From a virus (lineage: Duplodnaviria > Caudoviricetes), in the IMG/VR virus record IMGVR_UViG_3300020045_000708, positions 1 to 36,789 of that record: a stretch of DNA of 36,789 bases; one strand, written 5' to 3'. The translations under genes and the position numbers were made by a program. The notes under the pieces were generated by a model. It was not told where the DNA came from, searched no databases, and saw nothing but the letters and a program-made list of their open reading frames with translations. This document shows, piece by piece, positions 1 to 7,391 of this stretch. Numbering within the stretch: the stretch's first letter is position 1; every line of letters starts with the position of its first letter.

Positions 1-168
1 CAGTCATCGTCGCATAGTCGCCGCCAGTCATCTTCGCAGATTCGCCGCCAGTCATCGTCGCAGATTTGCCGCCAGTCATCGTCGCATATTTGCCGCCAGT
101 CATCGTCGCAGATTCGCCGCCAGTCATCGTCGCAGATTCGCCGCCAGTCATCGTCGCATAGTTGCCGC
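1..168. repeat. Seven tandem 24-bp repeats, consensus CAGTCATCGTCGCA(G/T)A(T/G)T(C/T)GCCGC
   Basis: Units start at 1, 25, 49, 73, 97, 121 and 145; they encode the 8-aa repeat on the minus strand. Confidence 0.97.
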
Positions 169-604
169 CAGTCAATGCAGACAGTGATCCGCCTTGAATC
201 ACGCATTTTTCTCCGCACTCCAATACAGCTCCAATCACAGCCACGTTTTTAGCCTGCGGTTCATTCTCAATGATGTACGCAGCGGCCTTTGATTTTTCGC
301 CGACAAAAACAACCTTTCCACTTGGAAACTTGCATTTACCACCAAGCATGCGAATACCAGCGGATTCAACTTCCACAACCAGCCACTTAGCGCCATCTGT
401 ATTCCAGTGATCGCTTACGCTGTGATCGCCTTGACCGAATAACCAACCATGCAAACCTGATCCGCATTCTTCGTTGTCTTTCCAATCAGCAGCGGTAGCG
501 ATACCACCAACACCAGGCCACACAAAGCCATTTTTGCTACTCATGTCAGGCGCACAGACGCGCAGTATTAGTGATGTTGCTGGTTTTACTTTCTTTTTCG
601 TCAT
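1..604 (-). CDS. Ice-nucleation-protein-like protein (InaZ-N-like domain plus octapeptide repeats), 3'-truncated by the window edge
   Basis: Not in the ORF track. ATG at 604 after AAGGAG; manual translation MTKKKVKPATSLILRVCAPDMSSKNGFVWPG...GLHGWLFGQG...AKWLVVEV...KFPSGKVVFVGE...(TGGxxATM)n, open to position 1. Confidence 0.8.
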   Translation of the reverse strand, partial: MTKKKVKPATSLILRVCAPDMSSKNGFVWPGVGGIATAADWKDNEECGSGLHGWLFGQGDHSVSDHWNTDGAKWLVVEVESAGIRMLGGKCKFPSGKVVFVGEKSKAAAYIIENEPQAKNVAVIGAVLECGEKCVIQGGSLSALTGGNYATMTGGESATMTGGESATMTGGKYATMTGGKSATMTGGESAKMTGGDYATMT

Positions 605-629
605 TTTTAACTCCTTTGTTGAAAACTTA

Positions 630-672
630 ATTTTGTCCCAAGGATGATTATTTGCAATCGGGGTTTACCCTT
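630..672 (-). promoter_or_regulatory. Palindromic box plus putative promoter
   Basis: AAGGGTAAACCCCGA (672-658), then TTGCAA, 16 nt, CAAAAT, upstream of the ORF starting at 604. Confidence 0.6.
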
Positions 673-1099
673 AGTCCGTCTTCAAAGCGTCTTTTGCCAT
701 CTGAATCACTGTCGGAGTCCGGCCTTTCGGATTGGCAAGAATAACCATGGCCCATTGCTTGTGGTCAATGGTTTTGATTTCGCGGCTTAACGCACCCAAA
801 ACCTTTGCAGCAATCTCAGGGTTAACCGTAGGCGCAGGAAGCATGTCCAGCTTCTTGCTTGGCGCAGTCTTGCAAAGGCTTCGAAACTGGCGGGCATTGA
901 TAACTGTGTCTGGAAGGTTTTTCAGTCCCCACATAATCATTCGCTTAGATTCGTCAGAATGCATGAAGCCGCTCAGTGCATCAGCCCAAATAGTCTTCAC
1001 ATCTACGATAGGAGCCGTTCCTAGCGATCTATCCCATGCCGCCCCATAGGTTGCACCCATTATGCTGAAGACGTGGTCTACGGCTGCTGTAGCGTTCAT
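671..1099 (-). CDS. Hypothetical replication-associated protein (possible helicase-loader/P-like)
   Basis: 142-aa ORF downstream of the initiator; helical motif 'YGAAWDRS...WADALSG...GLKNLP...QFRSLC' typical of genes at this position. Confidence 0.55.
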   Translation of the reverse strand: MNATAAVDHVFSIMGATYGAAWDRSLGTAPIVDVKTIWADALSGFMHSDESKRMIMWGLKNLPDTVINARQFRSLCKTAPSKKLDMLPAPTVNPEIAAKVLGALSREIKTIDHKQWAMVILANPKGRTPTVIQMAKDALKTD

Positions 1100-1359
1100 T
1101 TTGATCCACCCTGCATTTGCTTGCGCATAGCTTTCCTTTTGTCCAGAATGATGCGGGCTTGTTTGTCAGTCAAATACTCCTCCTTCATCAATTTTCTAAA
1201 TACGGTACTTGAGACACCAAGGGCCTTTGTGGCTGCATCTTCTGAGCCAAGCTCTTCCAAAACTTTTTTGCAAATAACCAAAAACGGGGCTGTTTGCAAA
1301 GGAGTCAGAACGATGATTCGTCTTGTTGTCCTAGCTTGTCTATCGAAATAAGAAATCAT
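1096..1359 (-). CDS. Hypothetical protein, possible HTH
   Basis: 87-aa ORF with ATGA overlaps at both ends; 'SEDAATKALGVSSTVFRKL' is HTH-like. Confidence 0.6.
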   Translation of the reverse strand: MISYFDRQARTTRRIIVLTPLQTAPFLVICKKVLEELGSEDAATKALGVSSTVFRKLMKEEYLTDKQARIILDKRKAMRKQMQGGSK

Positions 1360-2141
1360 TCTCCAATCTCCAAAAAAGTGGTTTCAGCTTCGATTATTTG
1401 GCCTTGCAGCGGCCTTTGTCTATCAGGGTGAACCCTACCAGTCTGCTCCTCCCATCGCGCCCATCCTGCCTCGCGGTCACGTTCTGCGAAGGTCTTTTGT
1501 TGCTTTCCAGTGTCCTGTTTATCGGAAACCCAATCCGCCTTAAATCCTCTCCATCCACGGGTGCAGCATTCTTTCAAAGCATCTTCAAGTGACCACCCTG
1601 CTTTGTTTGCCTCTCGCTGTATGCCGTCTAGTGCAGTCTGAGTGAGTTTTGCTTTCCTGCTTTTTATGAAATCTTTCCACGTTTGGACAGACACGCCTTC
1701 AGGCGCATCGATACTATCCATTCCCTTCCTATCCTTGATCCCTTCCTTGATACTATCCTCCGACGACACTTCGCGAGGATTCGCGAGGATTCGCGAGGAT
1801 TCTTTTTGTTCAGGTGCTGGCGGTATCTTTGATGCTGTTGGCTTGTCAATCTTTTGGTGTTTGTGCCATTGGACAATTTCAATATATTGATCTTCAGCCG
1901 CTGAATATCGGACGATGCATTGCTCTTTTTCAAGCTCTGAAAGCCATGTTTCTATGTGCTTCCGTGCGTCGTCATCGTATGGGTATAGAAGGCTCGCGAG
2001 CATTCGCGAATTTCCGCGAAGCCTACCAGAGTCATCTGCCAATGTGAAAAGCAGTATGAAACACAATCTGGATTCACGACTAACGCGGCCCATGCTTTCC
2101 GATTGTGGAAATTCGGGCTTTATTGTTCTGATTCTTGCCAA
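1356..2141 (-). CDS. Phage replication initiator protein
   Basis: Likely TTG start at 2141 after GGAG; N-terminus ARIRTIKPEF...ADDSGR; C-terminal 'WKDFIKSRKAKLT...RGWRGFKADW' domain; internal iteron-like repeats. Confidence 0.85.
   Translation of the reverse strand: MARIRTIKPEFPQSESMGRVSRESRLCFILLFTLADDSGRLRGNSRMLASLLYPYDDDARKHIETWLSELEKEQCIVRYSAAEDQYIEIVQWHKHQKIDKPTASKIPPAPEQKESSRILANPREVSSEDSIKEGIKDRKGMDSIDAPEGVSVQTWKDFIKSRKAKLTQTALDGIQREANKAGWSLEDALKECCTRGWRGFKADWVSDKQDTGKQQKTFAERDREAGWARWEEQTGRVHPDRQRPLQGQIIEAETTFLEIGE
1770..1801. repeat. Iteron-like direct repeats (TCGCGAGGAT x3), putative replication origin
   Basis: Three perfect 10-bp tandem copies at 1771-1800 in the linker of the initiator gene; related TCGCGA copies near 1994-2009. 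Confidence 0.7.
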
Positions 2142-2147
2142 TTTTGG

Positions 2148-2198
2148 CTCCAAAAGAAAAGCCGGTGAACCATGGAACAAGCATGGAGCACCGGCTTT
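2148..2198 (-). terminator. Intrinsic terminator/attenuator directly upstream of the rep RBS
   Basis: AAAGCCGGTG...CACCGGC stem followed by TTTTCTTTT on the minus strand, then GGAG. Confidence 0.7.
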
Positions 2199-2262
2199 AG
2201 GCCGAGAAGGCTTTGCACTATATCTACCTTGTTCGTAGAAGTGCGAAGAATTCGCTGTTGCT

Positions 2263-2291
2263 ATTTTAGCAAGCTGCTTAGAGGTTGTCAA
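2263..2291 (-). promoter_or_regulatory. Near-consensus sigma70 promoter for the rep leader
   Basis: TTGACA (2291-2286), 17 nt, TAAAAT (2268-2263). Confidence 0.8.
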
Positions 2292-2297
2292 AGCCTG

Positions 2298-2522
2298 TCA
2301 TTGCTGATCCTTCTTTTGTGAGTTTTGCCAAGCGATGTAAGAACCCAGGTCTTTCCCGCAGTCTCTGCATATAGCCTGAAATTCACGATTTGGCCTGACA
2401 TTTTCATGCTTGCAGCGCCATTGTTTCCATGCCGTAACAGCCCAAACAATCAGCGCAATCAGCAAAAATAGCGAAAACATGGCGATTCCAAAAATGTCGC
2501 CAAGGGTTACAAATAATGTCAT
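2298..2522 (-). CDS. Small membrane protein with C-terminal Cys motif
   Basis: 74 aa; one hydrophobic segment followed by CxH...CxxC. Confidence 0.7.
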   Translation of the reverse strand: MTLFVTLGDIFGIAMFSLFLLIALIVWAVTAWKQWRCKHENVRPNREFQAICRDCGKDLGSYIAWQNSQKKDQQ

Positions 2523-2737
2523 TTTGAGAAAATCCTTTCGTATTCCTCTTGTGCTTTGTCTGAGTGATTTAATGGGTGATCGTCATCCCACTCGCCGATT
2601 TCCCGAGTTTCAATAAATAAAACACTAGGACTAATGCAATGGTTTGGATAACGCTGATTTTCAAGTGTTTCCTTGACGCCATCTGCACCTAGACCATCAA
2701 AGTCCAGAACGTAAACAGTTAGTTTGTGAACTTGCAT
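2519..2737 (-). CDS. Hypothetical protein
   Basis: 72-aa ORF coupled to its neighbours; AGGT upstream. Confidence 0.7.
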   Translation of the reverse strand: MQVHKLTVYVLDFDGLGADGVKETLENQRYPNHCISPSVLFIETREIGEWDDDHPLNHSDKAQEEYERIFSK

Positions 2738-2738
2738 A

Positions 2739-2933
2739 TCAACCTTTCACGGGTGGAGCACCATAATACCGTTTCAGCTTTCCGTCCTGCTTTTTCAAGA
2801 TGGTCCAGCCCTCTGCGCGAATGTCGGAAATGCGACGATGTGGGGAAACGGAAGGCAACACGTTTGCAATGTCAACGGATGTGCAGCCACGCTTGCTCAG
2901 TAGCAGGCGTTTGAGTTTTTGTAGTTGGTTCAT
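2739..2933 (-). CDS. Small winged-HTH protein
   Basis: 'TSVDIA...PHRRISDIRAEGWTI...KRYY' is a winged-helix pattern. Confidence 0.7.
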   Translation of the reverse strand: MNQLQKLKRLLLSKRGCTSVDIANVLPSVSPHRRISDIRAEGWTILKKQDGKLKRYYGAPPVKG

Positions 2934-3208
2934 TGGAATACTCCCAATATTTTTCCGAATGCGTTGTAGCTATGTGATTGGCCTATGCCTGAGTTATTGT
3001 AAAAATTATCGTAAAAATCCCTTTGACTAGAAGGCGATCGAAAATAATTATCATATCCATGTACATCAATGGTGATTGTTTCAATTTTTGGCAAAAACTG
3101 TACATGATGCTCGCTTAAGTGACGTTCTGCGCTTTTATCTATGCATTCAGAAACATTGCGCTGTGCTGTTTTTGCGGCTAAGTCCAACCATTCAAAGTCT
3201 TTAATCAT
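2930..3208 (-). CDS. Hypothetical protein (AT-rich)
   Basis: Likely start MIKDFEW at 3208 after AAGGA; lies within track ORF 2930..3370. Confidence 0.6.
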   Translation of the reverse strand: MIKDFEWLDLAAKTAQRNVSECIDKSAERHLSEHHVQFLPKIETITIDVHGYDNYFRSPSSQRDFYDNFYNNSGIGQSHSYNAFGKILGVFQ

Positions 3209-3227
3209 TGGGTGTCCTTTGCTGCTG

Positions 3228-3455
3228 TTATTCATCGTTCCAGCATTGGCAAATACCAACTTCTGGTTGTTCATCGCCACAATGCGGGCAGAATTTTTCA
3301 AAAACATACCTGCGTTGATCTTGTGTATCCATAAGCGTAGCCGTGCATTCCTTCTTATCCACGCAATCAAGCATGTAGATGCGGTTTAGCACGATGTCGG
3401 TGAAGTCTGCGGGTAGTTTGCTGGACTCGAATTCGATCAAGATTCTGTGTTTCAT
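3228..3455 (-). CDS. Hypothetical protein with C-terminal Zn-finger-like motif
   Basis: 75 aa ending FCPHCG...CQCWNDE. Confidence 0.7.
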   Translation of the reverse strand: MKHRILIEFESSKLPADFTDIVLNRIYMLDCVDKKECTATLMDTQDQRRYVFEKFCPHCGDEQPEVGICQCWNDE

Positions 3456-3643
3456 TCTTCTTCCTTCATAAAAAGCCGTTGCCGCCCACTATCGGTTAGC
3501 TCCGGCGTGCTGAGAATTAGGGCCTGCACCAGAATCGCAGTCCTGGCCGCTTCACGGTCTCCCGGCTGGTCAGTGACAAACGCCGCCATTGTTGCCTCGT
3601 CTAGCAAAGCATTGGCAAAGACTAGCTCTTGTGTCTCAGTCAT
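3452..3643 (-). CDS. Hypothetical protein, first gene of the leftward unit
   Basis: 63-aa ORF; in-frame upstream ATG after AGGAG may be the true start. Confidence 0.6.
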   Translation of the reverse strand: MTETQELVFANALLDEATMAAFVTDQPGDREAARTAILVQALILSTPELTDSGRQRLFMKEEE

Positions 3644-3682
3644 TTTCTAACCATTCCATAATTTCTCCTAGTTGATGTGCAA

Positions 3683-3754
3683 AGGTTACAGGCTAAAAAT
3701 CTTTTGTCTATCAGGGTTTGTACCTATAGTTTTAATTTCAAGCCGTGGCAAAGT
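3683..3754. promoter_or_regulatory. Divergent promoter pair sharing one palindromic box
   Basis: Box CAGGGTTTGTACCTA at 3712-3726; rightward TAGTTT-16-CAAAGT; leftward TAGACA-16-TAACCT; sits at the strand switch. Confidence 0.6.
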
Positions 3755-3776
3755 AGAGGTATCTAAGGAGAAAACG

Positions 3777-4040
3777 ATGGATAACACAAAAGACAATTCA
3801 GCTACAGATATTGAGATTGCGCAGACTATCGGAGCGGCTGCTGCTGAGTTTGACGCTGGTGAGCTGGCAGACGTTGCGTATATTGCGTTTGAAGAGATCG
3901 CAGACGCCATTGCAGAAAACAACCTGTTTCTGGTTGGTGTAATCATTTTCAAAGCCCGCCAGCAGCGGATTGCAGATATTGCCAGTGAAGCTATTTATGG
4001 CCGCGTTGGTGTCATTAACCCTGAACAAGTAAAGGTGTAA
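3777..4040 (+). CDS. Hypothetical acidic early protein
   Basis: ATG at 3777 after TAAGGAG. Confidence 0.75.
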   Translation: MDNTKDNSATDIEIAQTIGAAAAEFDAGELADVAYIAFEEIADAIAENNLFLVGVIIFKARQQRIADIASEAIYGRVGVINPEQVKV

Positions 4041-4042
4041 TC

Positions 4043-4171
4043 ATGAAACAAGACCACTTTTTGAACGAAAAGCCAACAGACTGGAATGCAGTAGGGCATA
4101 AGGCTGTGCAACGTGTTTGCTGGTTTGCTTGCGGGTTCCTATTTGCTTACTTGACTTGGGGGCCAAAATGA
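4043..4171 (+). CDS. 42-aa small membrane protein
   Basis: Manual translation MKQDHFLNEKPTDWNAVGHKAVQRVCWFACGFLFAYLTWGPK; AAGGT RBS; ATGA overlap with the next gene. Confidence 0.65.
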   Translation: MKQDHFLNEKPTDWNAVGHKAVQRVCWFACGFLFAYLTWGPK

Positions 4172-4734
4172 CTACAACCTACACACTGACGCAGCAGATC
4201 ATTGACGATGCGGTTGAGCTGCTTGTTACATCGCTGCACCACATACCGGCTGCAGAGCCTGAATTGAAGGCTGATACGAACGCAATGATCCACTTGCTTC
4301 GCTCCCTCACACCAAACAGCGGGGAGCCGGTGGCTTACCTATGGGCTCCGACGAAGAAGCCAGAGTTGGCGCGGCTGTCTTTTGACCGTGCCCCGAGTGT
4401 GCAGCTAAAGGCGCTTGGGTATGTCTCCACTGAACTATTCACCCACCCAGCACCAAGCACCAGCCAAGAGCTAGAGTCGTTCCGGGCGACGACCGGCTGC
4501 GCAACAGCAGGAGAGTTCAAATCGGCACTCAGTGCAGCGGCATGGCAAGCACCAAGCACCAAGCCTGCTTACTCCTATGCCGGTGTGACTGTGTGGCTTG
4601 GAGATAAATCGATTACTCAGCACATAGCACGGTGTCAGATAGATACTGAACGTGTGAGTGGAATGAGCCTGTCCAATACGGCGAAGCACTGCCTTGATAT
4701 GTTATCCACCCCACAACAAGGAGAAACCAAATGA
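4168..4734 (+). CDS. Hypothetical protein
   Basis: Start MTTTYTL at the ATGA overlap; 'EPVAYLW...LFTHPAP' nin/ea-type module. Confidence 0.7.
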   Translation: MTTTYTLTQQIIDDAVELLVTSLHHIPAAEPELKADTNAMIHLLRSLTPNSGEPVAYLWAPTKKPELARLSFDRAPSVQLKALGYVSTELFTHPAPSTSQELESFRATTGCATAGEFKSALSAAAWQAPSTKPAYSYAGVTVWLGDKSITQHIARCQIDTERVSGMSLSNTAKHCLDMLSTPQQGETK

Positions 4735-4862
4735 GCAAATTTGCCGAGATTATTGGGTGGCTGACTATAGCGTTTTCATTTGTGGCAATGCTGCCTATCG
4801 GCATGGACTTTCGATACTGCTTTGCACCTACTGGACATTGCTTCAAAGGAGAAACCAAATGA
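4731..4862 (+). CDS. 43-aa small membrane protein
   Basis: Manual translation MSKFAEIIGWLTIAFSFVAMLPIGMDFRYCFAPTGHCFKGETK; AAGGAG RBS; overlaps at both ends. Confidence 0.65.
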   Translation: MSKFAEIIGWLTIAFSFVAMLPIGMDFRYCFAPTGHCFKGETK

Positions 4863-5500
4863 CTACACAACAAACTGAGCGCGATGCGCTGCGCAAGCTG
4901 GCAGTAGATGCAAATCCAGAAGTGCATGGGTACACCGGTGAGTGGTTCACGGCAAATGCGCTGCACCTTAATTTCGGCCTTAGCATAGAAAACGCGAAGT
5001 ATGTAGCTGCCGCCAACCCCGCCAAAGTCATCGAGCTACTGGACGCAATGGATGCGCAGGACCAGCAGATCGCGGAGCTGGACAAGCAAGTGTTTGCGCT
5101 GACTGGTGAAGTGGCGAACAAAGCCGACTACGCAGCTCGCATGTACCGGATGCACCAGGAAGTTAGCGCCGAACTCGATGCGCTGCGGGAGCAGGAGCCC
5201 GCATGGTGGCACGCCGAATGCGCCGACCCAGACTACTCTGGGTTTCACCAGAGTGAAGGGGATGCATTCACAGAAGTTAGCGATCATGGCGGGTACTACT
5301 ACGCTCTTTACACCAAACAGGGCGCCGTCGTAGCACCCGCCCAGCCGCAGGATGTGAATGCGGAGCTGGTGGATGCGCTGGAGCGCATTGCTGACACCAA
5401 AAACTATGGCGAAGATGGAATCTGGAATGCCGAATCGTATCCTGATGAAATAGCCCGCACCGCACTAGCCAAAGCAGCGCAACAGAAAGGCCAATCATGA
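4859..5500 (+). CDS. Ead/Ea22-like protein
   Basis: 'LRKLA...AKYVAAANPAKVIELLDAMD' followed by a coiled coil. Confidence 0.75.
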   Translation: MTTQQTERDALRKLAVDANPEVHGYTGEWFTANALHLNFGLSIENAKYVAAANPAKVIELLDAMDAQDQQIAELDKQVFALTGEVANKADYAARMYRMHQEVSAELDALREQEPAWWHAECADPDYSGFHQSEGDAFTEVSDHGGYYYALYTKQGAVVAPAQPQDVNAELVDALERIADTKNYGEDGIWNAESYPDEIARTALAKAAQQKGQS

Positions 5501-5700
5501 CCACTTTCAAGATGCCAGAGCCAACACTACATGAAAGCGGGCCAACGGATTATTTTGGTAGGTTGCTGTGCTACACGAAGGAAGATATGAAGAACGCACT
5601 GCGCGATGTGCTGGAGCAGGCTGCCAAGATTTGCGACGAGCGGGCCAATGGTGAAAACGATGCGCAGTGGTGTGCAGACAGAATCAGGAGTTTGAAATGA
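5497..5700 (+). CDS. Hypothetical protein
   Basis: 67 aa with the 'LEQAAKICD...CADRIRSLK' motif. Confidence 0.7.
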   Translation: MTTFKMPEPTLHESGPTDYFGRLLCYTKEDMKNALRDVLEQAAKICDERANGENDAQWCADRIRSLK

Positions 5701-6632
5701 CCCAACCCACAAACTGCCGCGCTGTCTTGGAGCAGGCGCTGGAACCATTCAAAGTGCTTTTCGAGCAGGCGGCCGCTATGAATCCGGCACCCGCAAATGT
5801 GCGCTGTCAGATTGCTATGCGTGATCTCCGCGCTTTGATTTACGCACATGACGCCCTCGCCGCAGGGCGTGCAGCGCTGGAACAACTGCAGGGGGAGCAA
5901 GCGCGACTTGGAATGCGTGACGGCCTAAACATGGCGCTAGCTATCGTTGAGCTTTACGGCATGAAATTCGATGTTATCCACAGGGAGATTGCCAAGTTAC
6001 GCGACGAAATAAAGGTCCACCCCCAAGCCAGTGAGCCAGAGCCAAACCCATGGAAAGAGGCTGTGCTGGATCAGCTTGCAATACACGCAATGGATGCGCC
6101 TGTTGAAACTCCACCAGCGGAAATCATTCAGAGCATCATTGACATGGCTATTGCGATGGCGACTGACCTTCGCGTCACCGATGAGCCAGCGCAAGGGGAG
6201 CGGGTGGAGGTTGACTGGCAAGACCAATACTGGAAGCAGAAGCGCCGCGCCGAAATGTGGATTGCTAAATATGAAAAAGACATTGGTCCGCTTGAAAAGG
6301 CGTACCCAGTTGCCCCCCTGCAATCCACCGCACAGCCAGACCATATTGTTGACGCTAACAAAATGGTAGAGCAGCCAGTGGGGGAGCTGACGGACGAGCA
6401 GATCAGCAGCATTTACGATTGGTCTGGTGAAACGCCTCACCTCTACTTTGCCCGCGCCATCATCGCAGCCGCCAAAGCGCAGCCAGAGCGCAATCCGCTG
6501 ACGGAAGACCAAATATCAGAATTGCACAGAGATGCGTATACGACTGGAAAAGCCTTCACAACGCTTGAGGTGTATAGGTATTTTGCCCGCGCTATCGAAG
6601 CCGCGCATGGAATCAAGGGGGCGGAATCGTGA
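5697..6632 (+). CDS. Mosaic hypothetical protein
   Basis: Start at the ATGA overlap; duplicated C-terminal 'LT(D/E)(E/D)QIS...YFARAI' module. Confidence 0.75.
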   Translation: MTQPTNCRAVLEQALEPFKVLFEQAAAMNPAPANVRCQIAMRDLRALIYAHDALAAGRAALEQLQGEQARLGMRDGLNMALAIVELYGMKFDVIHREIAKLRDEIKVHPQASEPEPNPWKEAVLDQLAIHAMDAPVETPPAEIIQSIIDMAIAMATDLRVTDEPAQGERVEVDWQDQYWKQKRRAEMWIAKYEKDIGPLEKAYPVAPLQSTAQPDHIVDANKMVEQPVGELTDEQISSIYDWSGETPHLYFARAIIAAAKAQPERNPLTEDQISELHRDAYTTGKAFTTLEVYRYFARAIEAAHGIKGAES

Positions 6633-6817
6633 GCATCAGCAAGCAAGAGGAAATAATCAGCGCACTGTGGTTCATCTGCTCCCTACTTGCCTTCATCGCA
6701 GGATTCAAAATTGCGGGGTGGTTTTTCGCAATAAAAGCCGGTGGCGACATGATTTTCGCGCTGGTATTTGCGTACAAAGAAGCCATTAAAGAACTACACA
6801 TCAAAGGAAAATCATGA
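6629..6817 (+). CDS. Small membrane protein
   Basis: 62 aa, hydrophobic, GTGA overlap. Confidence 0.65.
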   Translation: MSISKQEEIISALWFICSLLAFIAGFKIAGWFFAIKAGGDMIFALVFAYKEAIKELHIKGKS

Positions 6818-6945
6818 AAATGCGACAACGACGCAAGCAATTCTGGTTTTTTTCGTACCGTGAGCAAGGATACGACGACTACGAATTCCTCTGTGGGTAC
6901 TGCCGCAATGTGTTCATGCGCTCACACAATAGAAGTGTTAGATAG
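6814..6945 (+). CDS. 43-aa hypothetical protein
   Basis: Manual translation MKMRQRRKQFWFFSYREQGYDDYEFLCGYCRNVFMRSHNRSVR; AAGGA RBS. Confidence 0.5.
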   Translation: MKMRQRRKQFWFFSYREQGYDDYEFLCGYCRNVFMRSHNRSVR

Positions 6946-6985
6946 GGTAAACACCTATTCCAAATATCCGCGATATCTATAAGAT
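6943..6985 (+). promoter_or_regulatory. Palindromic box plus putative promoter
   Basis: TAGGGTAAACACCTA (6943-6957), then TTCCAA, 16 nt, TAAGAT. Confidence 0.65.
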
Positions 6986-7007
6986 TGAGTTTTTAAGGAG
7001 CTAAAAA

Positions 7008-7325
7008 ATGAAAGTAAAAGGAACGGTTAAGGCTTGGGTAACACAATATGGCGCGAAGCTAGACCAAATCGAATCAAGCATCAAAGATGGAAATAAAGAC
7101 GCTGCTGTTTCTGGACTTTATTACACAAATGCACCAATGCAAACAGATGGATGGTTTGAAGTTGGCGTTGCCACAATCACCGTCGAATTCTTCCCACGCG
7201 AGGCCATCGTATCCAAGCAGATCGAAGGCTTGCGCGAACAACTGCGCCAGCATCGTGTCAATGCGGAGAATGCTGAGCAGGCTATTCTGAGCCAGATCAG
7301 CAATCTTATGGCTATCACGGGCTGA
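7008..7325 (+). CDS. Hypothetical protein
   Basis: 105 aa; strong TAAGGAG RBS; C-terminal coiled coil. Confidence 0.8.
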   Translation: MKVKGTVKAWVTQYGAKLDQIESSIKDGNKDAAVSGLYYTNAPMQTDGWFEVGVATITVEFFPREAIVSKQIEGLREQLRQHRVNAENAEQAILSQISNLMAITG

Positions 7326-7391
7326 ATATGCGCTTAAAAGATCATCTGATTGAATTGATCGAATCTGGACAACCTCTCACACTGGAAAATC

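Noticed and set aside
1-168. 24-bp repeats as a CRISPR array
   Set aside because: The units are contiguous with no unique spacers, keep the reading frame, and no cas genes are present.
2142-2291. 50-aa N-terminal extension of the initiator in the ORF track
   Set aside because: The region holds a promoter, hairpins and a terminator; the family-typical start ARIRTIKPEF follows a GGAG at TTG 2141.
6818-6826. AAATGCGAC near the 6814 start, complementary to the insert of RNA copy 1 (also AACAAGGTA shared between copy 1 and the rep leader)
   Set aside because: 9-nt matches are expected by chance in 37 kb when many k-mers are tried, so they do not identify targets.
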